A DNA stretch of 64,000 nucleotides, from contig CAWAMW010000016.1 in assembly GCA_963783305.1 (NCBI GenBank), forward strand, positions 739,491-803,490. The letters run 5' to 3'. The stretch comes from an uncultured Gemmatimonadales bacterium. GTDB lineage: Bacteria > Gemmatimonadota > Gemmatimonadetes > Longimicrobiales > RSA9. Of this stretch, positions 1 through 10,586 are shown in pieces (position 1 is the stretch's first letter; each line of letters opens with the position of its first letter). Both the position numbers and the translations under genes were made by a program. The notes beneath the pieces were generated by a model, which saw only the letters and a list, made by a program, of their open reading frames with translations, made no database searches and was not told the DNA's origin.

Positions 1-2
1 TG

Positions 3-380
3 ACGAAGCGATCGCCGGACGAGCGGGAGTGGGCGGACCTGCGATTCGCCTGGCGTGCGGCGGCGGTGGTCAAGTCGAACGCGATTGTGCTGGTGAAGGA
101 TCGACGGACCGTGGGCATCGGAGCCGGGCAGATGAGCCGGGTGGACGCCTCGCGGATTGCCGTGCTGAAAGCCCATGACCAGGGCGTGGACCTTGCCGGG
201 TCGGTCGTCGCTTCAGATGCGTTCTTCCCGTTCAGGGACGGCGTGGACGCGGCCGCGGAGGCCGGTGCGACGGCCATTATCCAGCCCGGCGGCTCCGTTC
301 GCGATGAGGAAGTGATCCAGGCCGCGAACGATCATGGTGTGGCCATGGTGCTCACAGGACGGAGGGTGTTCCGGCACTAG
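3..380 (+). CDS. purH: Bifunctional AICAR transformylase/IMP cyclohydrolase, C-terminal part (runs off window start)
   Basis: [41 protein letters not shown] and terminal FRH motifs. Confidence 0.97.
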   Translation, partial: TKRSPDEREWADLRFAWRAAAVVKSNAIVLVKDRRTVGIGAGQMSRVDASRIAVLKAHDQGVDLAGSVVASDAFFPFRDGVDAAAEAGATAIIQPGGSVRDEEVIQAANDHGVAMVLTGRRVFRH

Positions 381-502
381 TCGGCCCGCCGGAGACGGGA
401 GAACGGGGCCGCGGCCGGAGGAACTTTCCGGTCGCGGCCCCAGTACGTTCCGGTGTGGCGCGGGGAGAGCGCCTCAGTGCTCCAGGATACGCGGGCGGAT
501 CC

Positions 503-1645
503 ATGATGATCGAGAGAGCGGTGAGAAAAGGTGCGGTCCCGCTGGGGATCGCGGGGGCGGTGCTGGGCACGCTGGCCGGGTGCGGTGATGCCACGGCTCC
601 GTGGTCGCGCTTCGATCCCGACGAGGCACTCTACAACCTGGAAGAGGTAACCCGGCCTCTGGACCCGGATGGGGATCTCCTGCTCGGGCTCGATCTGGCG
701 GTCATCACACTGGAATACTATGGCAGCGGCGCGCTGGGGAGCGCGCTCTCACTCCATGCCATACGGCCGGAGCCGCTTTCAGCGGCGCTGCGGCCGTCGA
801 AGGCGCCGGTGGGGTCGTGGCGAAGGCGTGCCGCCGGCTCCGAGGTTCAGGGCGGTACGATCGCCGGGCTCACGCTGCCGTGGGCTTTCACGGGCGAGAC
901 AATGACGTGGGACCCTGTGGACGGCTATGTCGTCAGCGGATTCGCCGGAGCGCCCGCGAACGGGGTGCGCTTCATCCTGTACCGCATGGATCCGGTGACG
1001 GGTTATCCGTCCCGTCCGCTTTCGGCTCTCGGCCACATGGACATCCTGGACGAGGACGGCGCGACGACGGAAGCGGTGCGTGTGCGGGCGGTCCGTACGA
1101 GCGGGCCCGACCGGGTGATCGCCGACTACCGGGTGACGTTCGCCGGGACCGGCAGCTACAGCGAGGGCTCGATGGAGACGACGCTGCGAGGCGTTGTGGG
1201 GGAGGTGGGCACCGTGGATGTCGACCTGACGCAGCGGCTGGAATGGAGCGGGAGCCGGGACCACGAGGAGCTGACGCTCGACTATGTGTACCGGCGCGGG
1301 TCGAGCCGTGTGGAGCTTGAGGGTCGGGCGACCAGCGGGTATGAAGCCGCGGAGTGGGCTACGTTCGATTTCGAGACTCGCATCCGGGGCGGGTACAGCA
1401 CGACGGAGATCGACGCGAGCATCAGTGCCACTGGCTCGCTACGGGGGGACGTGCGGAGCGATGGCCGACGGGTGATCCGGATCGACGGCCACGATGGGAG
1501 CCCGCGCTTCGAGCGCTCCGATGGTGGCCAACTCTCATGGTCGGAGGAGGCGGTGCTGGAACAGATATGGACCGGCATCACCGATCTGATCTGGCTGACC
1601 GACTGGGTCATGACGCCGGCCGATCTGCTGGTGCTCAACGGCTGA
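503..1645 (+). CDS. Hypothetical lipoprotein
   Basis: Long ORF; hydrophobic signal ending in LAGC lipobox; start codon uncertain (455 or 503). Confidence 0.75.
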   Translation: MMIERAVRKGAVPLGIAGAVLGTLAGCGDATAPWSRFDPDEALYNLEEVTRPLDPDGDLLLGLDLAVITLEYYGSGALGSALSLHAIRPEPLSAALRPSKAPVGSWRRRAAGSEVQGGTIAGLTLPWAFTGETMTWDPVDGYVVSGFAGAPANGVRFILYRMDPVTGYPSRPLSALGHMDILDEDGATTEAVRVRAVRTSGPDRVIADYRVTFAGTGSYSEGSMETTLRGVVGEVGTVDVDLTQRLEWSGSRDHEELTLDYVYRRGSSRVELEGRATSGYEAAEWATFDFETRIRGGYSTTEIDASISATGSLRGDVRSDGRRVIRIDGHDGSPRFERSDGGQLSWSEEAVLEQIWTGITDLIWLTDWVMTPADLLVLNG

Positions 1646-1666
1646 CGCGCGGGTGGGGCGCGGGGG

Positions 1667-1963
1667 TTACCCGCTTGTCACCATCTCGCGATCACCCGGG
1701 CCGCGCTCCGGGGCCCGGTCCCCGGAGCGCGCGGTTTCACGACGGGGCTCGCGCGGTACCAGCCGGACGCCAGGACGAGGGCGGGGGCCGCGCCACCAGT
1801 AGTACACCCGCTCACTGCGCTCGAGGGCGAACGAGCGCGTCCCGCCGTTCACGCCCACCACGACATCGCGACCATCCGGCCGACGGATTCCGGCAGGGCC
1901 CTGTCCCCTGTCGACGTCGAGTTGGTACCGTCCCGGCGCAAGGTGCCTGTAGGTTCCGCTCAT
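1667..1963 (-). CDS. Hypothetical protein
   Basis: 98-aa ORF with strong RBS (GAAGGAGGAG) directly before ATG. Confidence 0.55.
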   Translation of the reverse strand: MSGTYRHLAPGRYQLDVDRGQGPAGIRRPDGRDVVVGVNGGTRSFALERSERVYYWWRGPRPRPGVRLVPREPRRETARSGDRAPERGPGDREMVTSG

Positions 1964-2248
1964 GCTCCTCCTTCAACGCTGGCGGGGGAGCTGACCGGTA
2001 CAAAAACAGCCCGGCGGAGGCTCCCTCCGTCGGGCTTATCACGGCGGTGGAGATCGGTCCATCCGCCTGATCTTTCTGGGTAGAAAAGATGCTTTCGACG
2101 CTCCGGCGGCGCAAGGATTTTTCAGCCATTTCCCTCAGTCTATGAGGGCATTCCCGCTTTCGCCGCCGCCAGTGGCGCTGCATCTTTGAGCATGCCTCTC
2201 CGGCGGCCGATTCCCCCGGCCTCTCGATCGGGGAACAAGGAGGTGCGC

Positions 2249-2743
2249 ATGCGACACGACCGGGCCCGAATGGCGCAGGACAGCATTGCGGCCGGGTTCA
2301 GCGGATACCTCGCCGTGATCCTCTTTTTCGGGGTATGGAACATCGCCTGGGGACGGTCCCCGTTCTACACGGCCGCGCTGCTGGGGGAGGGTCTCTTAGC
2401 CGGGCTGCGCGACCCCACCGCGGTGGTGCTGGACCCGGCCATGATCCTCGCCTTCAATGGCCTCCACCTCATGGCGTTCCTGGTCTTTGGCGTGTTCGCG
2501 GCGTGGCTCGTGTACGAGGTGGAACTGCACCCTGACTTCTGGTACCTGGCCTTCTTCCTGTTCCTGGGAGCGACGGTGCTCAGCTATACCCTGGTGCTGG
2601 CGCTCACGGTGGTCGCGGGCAGCCTGCTGTCGCCATGGCTGGTGGTGGCGTCGAGCCTGGCGGGCGCCGCTGCCATGGCGGGGTACCTGACCGGGACGCA
2701 CCGCCCGCTCCTGCGAGGGATCCCTGGGGTGGGGTGGTCCTGA
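2249..2743 (+). CDS. Hypothetical integral membrane protein
   Basis: AAGGAGGT RBS; about 4 hydrophobic segments. Confidence 0.75.
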   Translation: MRHDRARMAQDSIAAGFSGYLAVILFFGVWNIAWGRSPFYTAALLGEGLLAGLRDPTAVVLDPAMILAFNGLHLMAFLVFGVFAAWLVYEVELHPDFWYLAFFLFLGATVLSYTLVLALTVVAGSLLSPWLVVASSLAGAAAMAGYLTGTHRPLLRGIPGVGWS

Positions 2744-2824
2744 GGGTGCGGGGTGGCAGATCGACATTGGCGACCGAGGAAACGTGACGACTCGGGGGGT
2801 GGGGGCCGTGGAGATGGGCCGTCT

Positions 2825-3388
2825 ATGAGCACACCGCGAATGACACCGGCCAACTACCTGAGCGCGCTGCGTCTCGCGCTGGTGCCGGTTCTGTGGGTGC
2901 TGGCGCTGCTGGAACTGCCGTTCTACCTGGGAGTGGGTCTCGCGGTGGCCGGGTTGACGGACGTGCTGGATGGGCCGGTGGCCCGCGCGACCGGGCGCAC
3001 GTCGCGGTACGGGGCCCAGCTGGACTCGCTGGCCGACATCCTCCTCATGGCCTCGATTTTCTGGTGGCTGGTTCTCCTGCGACCCGAGTTCTTCAGCGAC
3101 AACGCGGCGCCGCTCGTGGTGTGGGCGGTGGTGGGGAGCGCGGCGGTGATCGTGACGCTGGTGAAATTCGGCAGGATGGGGAACCTCCACCTCTACTCGG
3201 CCAAGGCCGCGGGGGTGCTGGGACACCTCTTCGCGGTCTGGATCTTCATCTTCGGCGACTACGATCCGATCTTCTTCACCGTGGCCATCGCCGTGGCGAT
3301 CGTCGCGTCCACGGAGACACTGCTGGTGGCGCTCATCCGCGACCGTGTGAGCGAGCGGATCGGGACGATCCTCCGGCGGCCTGGCTGA
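2825..3388 (+). CDS. CDP-alcohol phosphatidyltransferase family protein
   Basis: DVLDGPVARATGRTSRYGAQLDSLAD matches the DxxDGxxAR...GxxxDxxxD motif. Confidence 0.9.
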   Translation: MSTPRMTPANYLSALRLALVPVLWVLALLELPFYLGVGLAVAGLTDVLDGPVARATGRTSRYGAQLDSLADILLMASIFWWLVLLRPEFFSDNAAPLVVWAVVGSAAVIVTLVKFGRMGNLHLYSAKAAGVLGHLFAVWIFIFGDYDPIFFTVAIAVAIVASTETLLVALIRDRVSERIGTILRRPG

Positions 3389-3433
3389 GGAGGGGCGTCG
3401 GCCGACGGGCCGTACCGTCGGCTCGCGGTAGAG

Positions 3434-4509
3434 CTACTCGCTCCGGGCCAGCAGGATGGCGGCCGCGGCCGCCACCGCTCCGGCCGTGGCGAGCCAGCCG
3501 CGATTCTTCGTCGCCCATAGCTGTGGGCTGCTTGAACGAGCCCGGGCATCGAAGCGGCCGTGAGCCGCGTAATCGCCCGGCGCGGGCTCGAAGAGGTTGT
3601 CGGGTCGGCCCTTCTCGGCGGGCTGGTCGGTCTGCTGGCTCTTGAAGCCGTTCCGGGCGAGGTAATGGTCCACGATGCGCGGCGCGAAGCGCTGTCCCAT
3701 GACGGTCTGCACCGTGGGGTACCCGACGAATAGCACGGGCCGGCGGTTGTGGGCCGCCCAGTGGATGGCGTCGGCCGCCACTTCCGGCTGGTAGATGGGG
3801 GGAACCGGCTGCGCCCGGTTGGGGAGTCGGCTCCGGACCCAGTCGAACTGCGGTGTGTTCAGCGCGGGCATGTGGACCAGGCCGACGTGGATGTTGCTGC
3901 CATCGTGCATGAGCTCCGTCCGGAGCGACTCGGTGAACCCCTGAATGGCGTGCTTCGAGGCGCAGTACGGGGCCTGGAGGGGGATGCCGCGATAGGCCAG
4001 GGCGGAGCCGACCTGGATGATGACGCCGGCATCGCGCTCGCGCATCCGCCGCAGGGCGGCCAGCGTGCCATGGACGAAGCCGAGGTAGTTCACGGCGGTG
4101 ACGCGACTGTACTCCTCGGCCGAGATCTCGTGGGCCCGGGCGAAGACCGACGTCATGGCGTTGTTGATCCAATGTCGATGGGTCCGAGCTCGGCCTCGGT
4201 GCGGGCTGCGGCGGCCTCCACGGCCTCGGCGTCCGCGACGTCCGTGGGGATCACCAGCGCCTCGCCGCCCGCGCGCTCCACCTCGTCGGCCGCCGCCGCC
4301 AGCCGGTCCTCGCCGCGTGCGAGCAGGGCGATGCGGGCGCCATCGCGGGCAAATCGGCGTACGGTGGCGCGCCCCACGCCCGCGGAAGCCCCGGTGATCA
4401 CCACCACCGGGCGCTCGCCGTCGGTGCGGGTGTCGGGCCGGCTCTCGGTGCGGTTGGTGGGGGAGCTCTCGTTCCGTCCGGGCGACCCGGTCGTGCCGTT
4501 CGGAGTCAT
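3434..4509 (-). pseudogene. SDR family oxidoreductase split by a 1-nt frameshift near 4172 (real or sequencing error)
   Basis: 5' ORF has TGASAGVG; 3' ORF has YCASK; restoring one base gives GPIDIWINNAMTSVF. Confidence 0.85.
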
Positions 4510-4937
4510 CGGATGAGCGGGAGTCCGCTGTCCTCGTCGGTGCGGCGGACGAGCTGGTCGTCGTAGGCGGTGAGGAACAGCTCGAGGGTAGGTCTCACTT
4601 CCGCCTCCATGAGGTGGCCGGCGACCGTGGAGCCATCGCGGCGGCCGAGAACGCAGTGGATGTGGATGGCCGGCGCGCCATCCTGGGTGCCGATATTGCC
4701 CACGAGCGACGTGACCTCGACCTGCTCCTCCACCGGGATCTCGATGTAGTCCTTCTTCTTCCAGTCGAAGTAGGCGAGGGTGGCGGACTCGAAGGCGCCG
4801 AGGGCCACGAAATGGGCTGCCTTCATTCCGGTGCGACGCGCGTGCCCCTCCAGGGTCTCGATGACCTTGTCACCGGTTTCGAAGATCAGGCTGGACGTAT
4901 GGCCGCGGCCTTCCCGGCCGAGCTCACTGACGCGCAT
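4506..4937 (-). CDS. PPC domain / DUF296 protein
   Basis: EVTSLVGNIG...IHIHCVLG...GHL...TLELF pattern. Confidence 0.85.
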   Translation of the reverse strand: MRVSELGREGRGHTSSLIFETGDKVIETLEGHARRTGMKAAHFVALGAFESATLAYFDWKKKDYIEIPVEEQVEVTSLVGNIGTQDGAPAIHIHCVLGRRDGSTVAGHLMEAEVRPTLELFLTAYDDQLVRRTDEDSGLPLIR

Positions 4938-5012
4938 GCTGGTTTTCCGTTCCGAGTGCATGATGGCGATTCGGGCGACGGAGCGTCGCGCATGAACCAT
5001 ACCTCCCGAGCG

Positions 5013-8000
5013 TCAGCGGTGGAAAAGGGCGCGGGCGACGCGGTAGAGGGAGTACCCGGCCGCGGCACCGGCGGCGATGCCGAGGGCTTCGGCGGCGTGC
5101 GACCTCGTTCTGACGGGGCGCCGGGAGGCCCCAACCGGAGAGGGGAGGAGACCCTTCCGGCCCATGGCCATGTGCAGCACCTCTGCGGTGTGGAGCGGAC
5201 GGCGGAGTCCGTTCTGCTCGACCATCTCACGGCAGGAGAAGCCACCGGTGATGACCATGCTCCCGGGATCCGCGTCACGGACGGCGGGGAGCAGGACGCG
5301 CTCGCCGCACGCCTGCGAGACGTCGAAGTGGTCCTCCTCGAAGCCGAAGGGGCCGGCCATGCCGCAGCAGCCGGAGTCGAGCACGCTGTAGTCGAGGCCG
5401 AGCCGATCGAGGACGGCGCGCTCCGCGCCGAAATCGAGGACGGCCTTGTGGTGGCAGTGGCCGTGGACGACCGCGGTCTCACCGTGGAGGTCCCCCAGGT
5501 CGACGTCCGGGGCGAACTCGGCGAGGAACTCCGTGAGCAGGAAGGTCTGACGGGAAAGCCGCAGGGCATCCTCGTCGTCGGGGAAGAGCTCGATGAGCTC
5601 GGTCCGGAACGTGGCGACGCAGCTGGGCTCCATGCCGACGATGAGCGTGCCCGCGCGGATCTCTTCGCGCAGCTCGTCCAGGATCTGGCGGAGGAGGTGC
5701 CTGGCTAGGGTGAGCATGCCGTAGTCGTAGAGGGGGCGGCCACAGCAGAGCATGGCGTCCGGCATGACCGGGCGGAACCCGGCCCCCTCCAGGACCTCCA
5801 CGGCCGCGCGACCGACATCGGGGCGGAAGAAGTTGTTGAAGGTGTCGGGCCAGATGATGATGCGGCGACCCTCTGCGGTGGACGGTCCACGGGCGGCGAA
5901 CCACGCGCGGAACGTCTGCGTGGCGAAGGTGGGCACGTGGCGGTCTGGGTGGATCCCGGCGATGCGTCGGGCGATGGGGCCGAGAACGGGCGCGGTGACG
6001 AGCGCGTTGACGAGCCGGGGCACGTGCTGGGCGATGCGGGCCCACCAGTAGATGAGGCCGAGTGCGTAGGCGGAGCGCGGGCGGAGGCGGCCGTCGTAGT
6101 AGTGGGAGAGGAATTCGGCCTTGTAGGTGGCCATGTCCACGTCCACCGGACAGTCGCCCTTGCAGCCCTTGCAGGAGAGGCAGAGGTCCAGCGCCTCCTT
6201 GACCTCCTCGCTCTTCCAGCCGTCGGTGATGGTCTCGCCGCGCATCATCTCGTGCAGCAGGCGGGCGCGGCCGCGGGTGGAGTGCTTCTCCTCCTTCGTC
6301 ACCATGTAGGAGGGGCACATGGTGCCGCCCTCCTTCCGCCGGCACTTGCCCACGCCCACGCACCGGTTGGTGGCGTTGTGGAAGGCGCCGCCATCGGCGG
6401 GGAACCGGAAATGGGTCTCCACGTCGGCCGGATGGTAGTCCGGGCCCAGCACGAGGTTGGAGTCGGGCGGGTACGCGTCGATGACCTTCCCGGGGTTCAT
6501 CTTCCATTCCGGGTCCCAGATCCGCTTGAACTCACGGAACGCCTCCATGAGATCGTCGCCGAACATCTTCGGGAGGAGTGCGCCGCGGCTCTGGCCGTCG
6601 CCGTGCTCACCGGAGAGGGAGCCACCGTATTTCAGCACCAGGTCGGCGGCCTCATCGATGAAAGCCAGGTACTTGTCGAGCCCCTCGCGGGTGGAGTAGT
6701 CGAAGTTTATGCGGCAGTGGACGCAGCCGTGCCCGAAGTGGCCGTAGAGCGCGGAGTCGTAGTCGTAGTTGTCGAGGAGCGCGCGGAAGTCGCGGAGATA
6801 GCTGCCGATGTGCTCGGGGGCGACGGCGGCGTCCTCCCAGCCCTCCCATGTGGGCGGCTGGCCGGGTACGAAGGCGGTGGCGCCCAGGCCGGACTCGCGG
6901 ACGTGCCAGACGTGGCTCTGCAGCAGCTCGTCGGAGTAGATCCTGGAGTCGAGGATGGGGGAGTCGGCGGAGCGGATGCTGTCCAGGGCGGCGTGGGCGC
7001 GGGACTCCGCCGCCTCCTGCGTGTCACCGCCGAACTCGACCAGGAGCCAGCCACGGCCCTCGGGAAGGTACTGGAGGTAGTCGACGTTGAGGTCCTTGAG
7101 CTCCATGAACTCGGCGAGCCGGTAGTCGAAGCCCTCGAGGCCGAGCGGCTTGTGGGCCATGATCTCCGGGACGTGGTCGCCGGCGGCATAGGCGTCCTCG
7201 TAGCCGAGGAGGAGGAGCGCGCGCTTCGGCGGGTCGGGGATCAGGGCGACCCGGGCTTCCAGAACGATGACGCACGTGGACTCGGTGCCGACCAGCGCGC
7301 GGGCCACGTCGAAGCCGGCCTCCGGCAGCAGCGAGGGCAGGTTGTAGCCGGAGACGCGGCGCGGGATGTCGGGGAAACGCTCCCGGATCTGGTCGGCGTA
7401 GCGGTCGCGGAGGTCGCGGAGCCCGCGATAGATCTCGCCCTTCCGGCCGCCCTCGGCGATGATCGCATCGAGCTCGTCATCGGGGGTGGCGCCCACGGTC
7501 AGGATCTCGCCGTCGTAGGTCATGACGGTGAGCTCGAGGATCTGGTCCTCCGTGCGGGGTCCGGGGCCGAAGAACTGGGCCTGGACGGAGTGCACGCCGC
7601 ACGAGTTGTTGCCGATCATGCCGCCAAGGGTGCAGTGGGTGTGGGTGGCGGGATCGGGTCCGAACGTGAGGCCGTGGGTGCGGGTGATGGCGCGGAGATC
7701 GTCGAGGACGGTGCCGGGCTCCACGCGGGCCCAGCGCTCTTCGGCGTTCACCTCCAGGACCCTGCCCATGTACCGGGTGAAGTCGAGCACCACCGCCGTG
7801 TTGCAGCACTGGCCGGCGAGACTGGTGCCGCCACCCCGGCAGAGGATGGGGGCGCCGTGCTCGCGGGCGATGCGTACCGTGTTCACGACGTCGTCGATGT
7901 CCTGGGGGAGAACCACTCCGATGGGGACCTGGCGATAGCTGGACGCGTCGGTGGAGTACATGGCGCGGCTGCCGCTGTCGAAGCGGACCTCGCCGCGGAT

Positions 8001-8105
8001 GGAGTCGCGGAGTGCGCGCTCGAGGTCGGTGGAGGGGCCGTCCCGGCTGAGGCGGTCGTGGATCGGGAGGGGAGGTTGGGTTGTGGGTTGGGTTTTGGTG
8101 GTCAT
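5013..8105 (-). CDS. FAD-binding and Fe-S-binding oxidoreductase (GlcD/Dld-like fused to Fe-S and CCG domains)
   Basis: RGGGTSLAGQ, GEHGDG, CVGVGKC, CLSCKGCKGDCP, CCG motifs. Confidence 0.92.
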   Translation of the reverse strand: MTTKTQPTTQPPLPIHDRLSRDGPSTDLERALRDSIRGEVRFDSGSRAMYSTDASSYRQVPIGVVLPQDIDDVVNTVRIAREHGAPILCRGGGTSLAGQCCNTAVVLDFTRYMGRVLEVNAEERWARVEPGTVLDDLRAITRTHGLTFGPDPATHTHCTLGGMIGNNSCGVHSVQAQFFGPGPRTEDQILELTVMTYDGEILTVGATPDDELDAIIAEGGRKGEIYRGLRDLRDRYADQIRERFPDIPRRVSGYNLPSLLPEAGFDVARALVGTESTCVIVLEARVALIPDPPKRALLLLGYEDAYAAGDHVPEIMAHKPLGLEGFDYRLAEFMELKDLNVDYLQYLPEGRGWLLVEFGGDTQEAAESRAHAALDSIRSADSPILDSRIYSDELLQSHVWHVRESGLGATAFVPGQPPTWEGWEDAAVAPEHIGSYLRDFRALLDNYDYDSALYGHFGHGCVHCRINFDYSTREGLDKYLAFIDEAADLVLKYGGSLSGEHGDGQSRGALLPKMFGDDLMEAFREFKRIWDPEWKMNPGKVIDAYPPDSNLVLGPDYHPADVETHFRFPADGGAFHNATNRCVGVGKCRRKEGGTMCPSYMVTKEEKHSTRGRARLLHEMMRGETITDGWKSEEVKEALDLCLSCKGCKGDCPVDVDMATYKAEFLSHYYDGRLRPRSAYALGLIYWWARIAQHVPRLVNALVTAPVLGPIARRIAGIHPDRHVPTFATQTFRAWFAARGPSTAEGRRIIIWPDTFNNFFRPDVGRAAVEVLEGAGFRPVMPDAMLCCGRPLYDYGMLTLARHLLRQILDELREEIRAGTLIVGMEPSCVATFRTELIELFPDDEDALRLSRQTFLLTEFLAEFAPDVDLGDLHGETAVVHGHCHHKAVLDFGAERAVLDRLGLDYSVLDSGCCGMAGPFGFEEDHFDVSQACGERVLLPAVRDADPGSMVITGGFSCREMVEQNGLRRPLHTAEVLHMAMGRKGLLPSPVGASRRPVRTRSHAAEALGIAAGAAAGYSLYRVARALFHR

Positions 8106-8119
8106 GGGGATTGGGGTGC

Positions 8120-8324
8120 GGGGTGGCTCGCCCTCTGGGCTCGCAGTGTGGCTCGGCTTTCGCCTCGCAGGGTGGCTCGGCTTTCGCCTCGCAGGGTGGC
8201 TCGGCTTTCGCCTCGCAGGGTGGCTCGGCTTTCGCCTCGCAGGGTGGCTCGGCTTTCGCCTCGCAGGGTGGCTCGGCTTTCGCCTCGCAGGGTGGCTCGG
8301 CTTTCGCCTCGCAGGGTGGCTCGG
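8120..8324. repeat. Tandem repeat, 24-nt unit GGGTGGCTCGGCTTTCGCCTCGCA, 7 near-perfect copies plus degenerate flanks
   Basis: Direct reading; exact 24-nt period. Confidence 0.95.
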
Positions 8325-8329
8325 GTGGG

Positions 8330-8860
8330 GGCTACGGGTGTGTTGAAGGCATCGCGGAGGGCGGCGGTCCGGAGGGACGAGGTGAACCCACTGTATCGTA
8401 TGGGGTCCGGCTGTACCACGTCGACGGCCTCCTCACACAGCATGCGGAACTCGAACACGTCGGAGCCGAACTCACCGGCGGCGACCGGAACGCCCGGCGG
8501 GATCCGCTCGCGGATCCATTGAAGGCCGGGCAGGTCGGTGGAGCGAACGGGCTCCTCGAACGGTAATGTCGTGGTCGGCGGAGCGGTGCGCCATGTCACT
8601 GGCCCGGGCGGGGGTAGTTCCGCGGTGCCCGATGTTTCGGGTGGCGCGGCGAATGGCTTCGAATGCGCGCGGGACGTCCATGACATCGATCCACCGGACG
8701 GCGGGTGCCAGGGTGTCCTCGATGACGCGGATGGCAGCCGGGTGGCTATGGCCGTAGCCGAACCCGGTGGCGCCAGCACCGTCGACGTGGACCCTACCGG
8801 CAGGGTGGCGTCGGATCCCAGGGTCAGCTCCTGCCGACGGCGGGGATCCGACCTGTGACC
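8330..8860 (-). pseudogene. Decayed mandelate racemase/muconate lactonizing enzyme family gene
   Basis: Fragments in different frames: GFGYGHSHPAAIRVIEDTLAP..MDVPRAFEAIRRATRNIG and FEEPVRSTDLPGL..VAAGEFG..AVDVVQPD; large internal deletions. Confidence 0.7.
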
Positions 8861-8968
8861 GTGCCAGTTCAGTGAAGAGGTGCCAGACAGGGTTGCACGA
8901 GATGGTCCGGGCGACGCCGCGGCGCGGGGGTCGTGGTGTGGTCGTGATCTTGCGCGCATTGGGCCGTC

Positions 8969-9931
8969 ATGAGCATCGAGGCGCTGCGGATTCCCACGGA
9001 CAAAAGGGCGGCCGTCCTCCGGCTGTCGGGTCGTGAGCTGCGGCTGACGAACCTGGGCAAGCCGTTCTGGCCGGGCCGGGGGCTGAGCAAGGGCGACCTG
9101 CTGCAGTACTATGCCGACGTGGCGCCGGTCCTCCTCCCGCACATCGAGGGGCGGGCGATGGTGATGAAGCGGTACCCGAACGGGTGGCAGGGGAAGCACT
9201 TCTTCATGAAGCGCACCCCCGATCACGCCCCCGTCTGGCTGGAGACGTGCGCCATCGAGCACGGGTCGGGGAGTGTCATCGACTTCCCGGTGGTCCGGTC
9301 GGTGGCGGGACTGCTCTGGCTCGTGAACCTCGGGTGCATCGACCTGAACCCCTGGTACTCCCTCTGTGACGACGTGGACCGGCCCGACGTGCTGCACTTC
9401 GATCTCGACCCCGTGGAGCCGGCGGGATTCGACCGGGTGCGGGAGACGGCACTGCGGGTGCGGGAATCGCTGGACGCGCTGGGAATGCCGTCGTATCCGA
9501 AGACATCGGGCTCGAAGGGGATCCACGTGTACGTGCCCATTGTGCGGGGCCCCAGGCAGAAGGAGGTGTGGCGGTTCGCGAAGGCGTTCGCCCGTCTGAT
9601 GGAGGAGCGGCACCCGGAGCTGGTGACGGCGGAGTACCGGATACGGAACAGGCCGGCGGGCCGGGTGCTGGTGGACTACAATCAGAACGCCTGGGGGAGG
9701 ACGCTGGCGAGCGTGTACTCGGTGAGGCCCACGGCCGAGGCGTCGGTGTCGACGCCGGTGACGTGGGAGGAGGTGGAGGCCGGGGTGGAGATCGGCGACT
9801 TCCGGCTGGAGAACGTGCCGGAGCGGGTGGAGCGGGTGGGTGACCTGTGGCGGCCGATGGCGTGGCCGAAGCGGGGGCGGGTGGAGCTGTCGGAGGTGGC
9901 CGGGAGGACCGGGGCGGGCCGCCGCGACTAG
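8969..9931 (+). CDS. Stand-alone LigD polymerase (PolDom/primase-polymerase) domain protein
   Basis: RYPNG..FFMK, FDLDP, KTSGSKGIHVYVP, VDYNQN, YSVRP. Confidence 0.92.
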   Translation: MSIEALRIPTDKRAAVLRLSGRELRLTNLGKPFWPGRGLSKGDLLQYYADVAPVLLPHIEGRAMVMKRYPNGWQGKHFFMKRTPDHAPVWLETCAIEHGSGSVIDFPVVRSVAGLLWLVNLGCIDLNPWYSLCDDVDRPDVLHFDLDPVEPAGFDRVRETALRVRESLDALGMPSYPKTSGSKGIHVYVPIVRGPRQKEVWRFAKAFARLMEERHPELVTAEYRIRNRPAGRVLVDYNQNAWGRTLASVYSVRPTAEASVSTPVTWEEVEAGVEIGDFRLENVPERVERVGDLWRPMAWPKRGRVELSEVAGRTGAGRRD

Positions 9932-9964
9932 CGCGGCACCCGCCCCGGTCACCCGCCCATCGCG

Positions 9965-10489
9965 TCAGAAGGCGAAGCCGACGTTGACCAGGCGAACGGT
10001 CGGAAAGAACTCCAGGTTGTCGCCCTCCTCCGGATTCAGGATCCGCTTCAGGCCGAAGCCGATCCCCACGTAGAAATTCTTATTGGCGCCGAGCAGCCAG
10101 CTCCGGTTCACGTCGACCCCGACCCCGACGCCGAGGTCCTCCGTGTAGCCGAGCTTCGCGCCGAAGGCCCAGCCATCGAAGGTTACGCCGTTGGGATAGA
10201 ACCGGGCGAAGACGTCGACGTTCAGTAGGTTCTCGTCCCTGGGGTTCCCCTCCAGGTCGTAGTCCCGCTCGATGGGCCACGAGGAGCCACCGATGCCGGC
10301 CGTGAAGCGGTTGTTGATGGCGCGCTCGTACTCGGCGTTGAACACGTCCAGCAGGATCCCCAACGGGTTGGCGGAGACCACGTTGGCGCGCTCGGGCATG
10401 TACGTGCTCTACGCGTGACCGGGAACGGGAGCGAGCGCGAGGAGAATGACGGGCACGAGGAACGCGGACGCACGGAAGAGTCGCGGCGT
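9965..10489 (-). pseudogene. Outer-membrane beta-barrel-like protein (DUF3575-like) with inactivated signal-peptide region; residual ORF 9965..10399
   Basis: SANPLG..AEYER start and C-terminal GFAF; upstream in-frame signal peptide begins at ACG after AAGGAG and is followed by in-frame TAG (10409-10411). Confidence 0.65.
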
Positions 10490-10586
10490 GGAGCTCCTTA
10501 ACGTCGGGGGATGGAGGGTGCGAGGCCCGGGTGGCAGGAAATATGCCGGTTTCCGGTGCGAATTCAAGTGAGACGGAGTCATCTCG

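Noticed and set aside
5937..8522. Long antisense/alternative-frame ORFs (also 22950..26213, 45377..48559, 10080..12305)
   Set aside because: Shadow ORFs of high-GC genes with no motifs; they overlap well-supported CDSs
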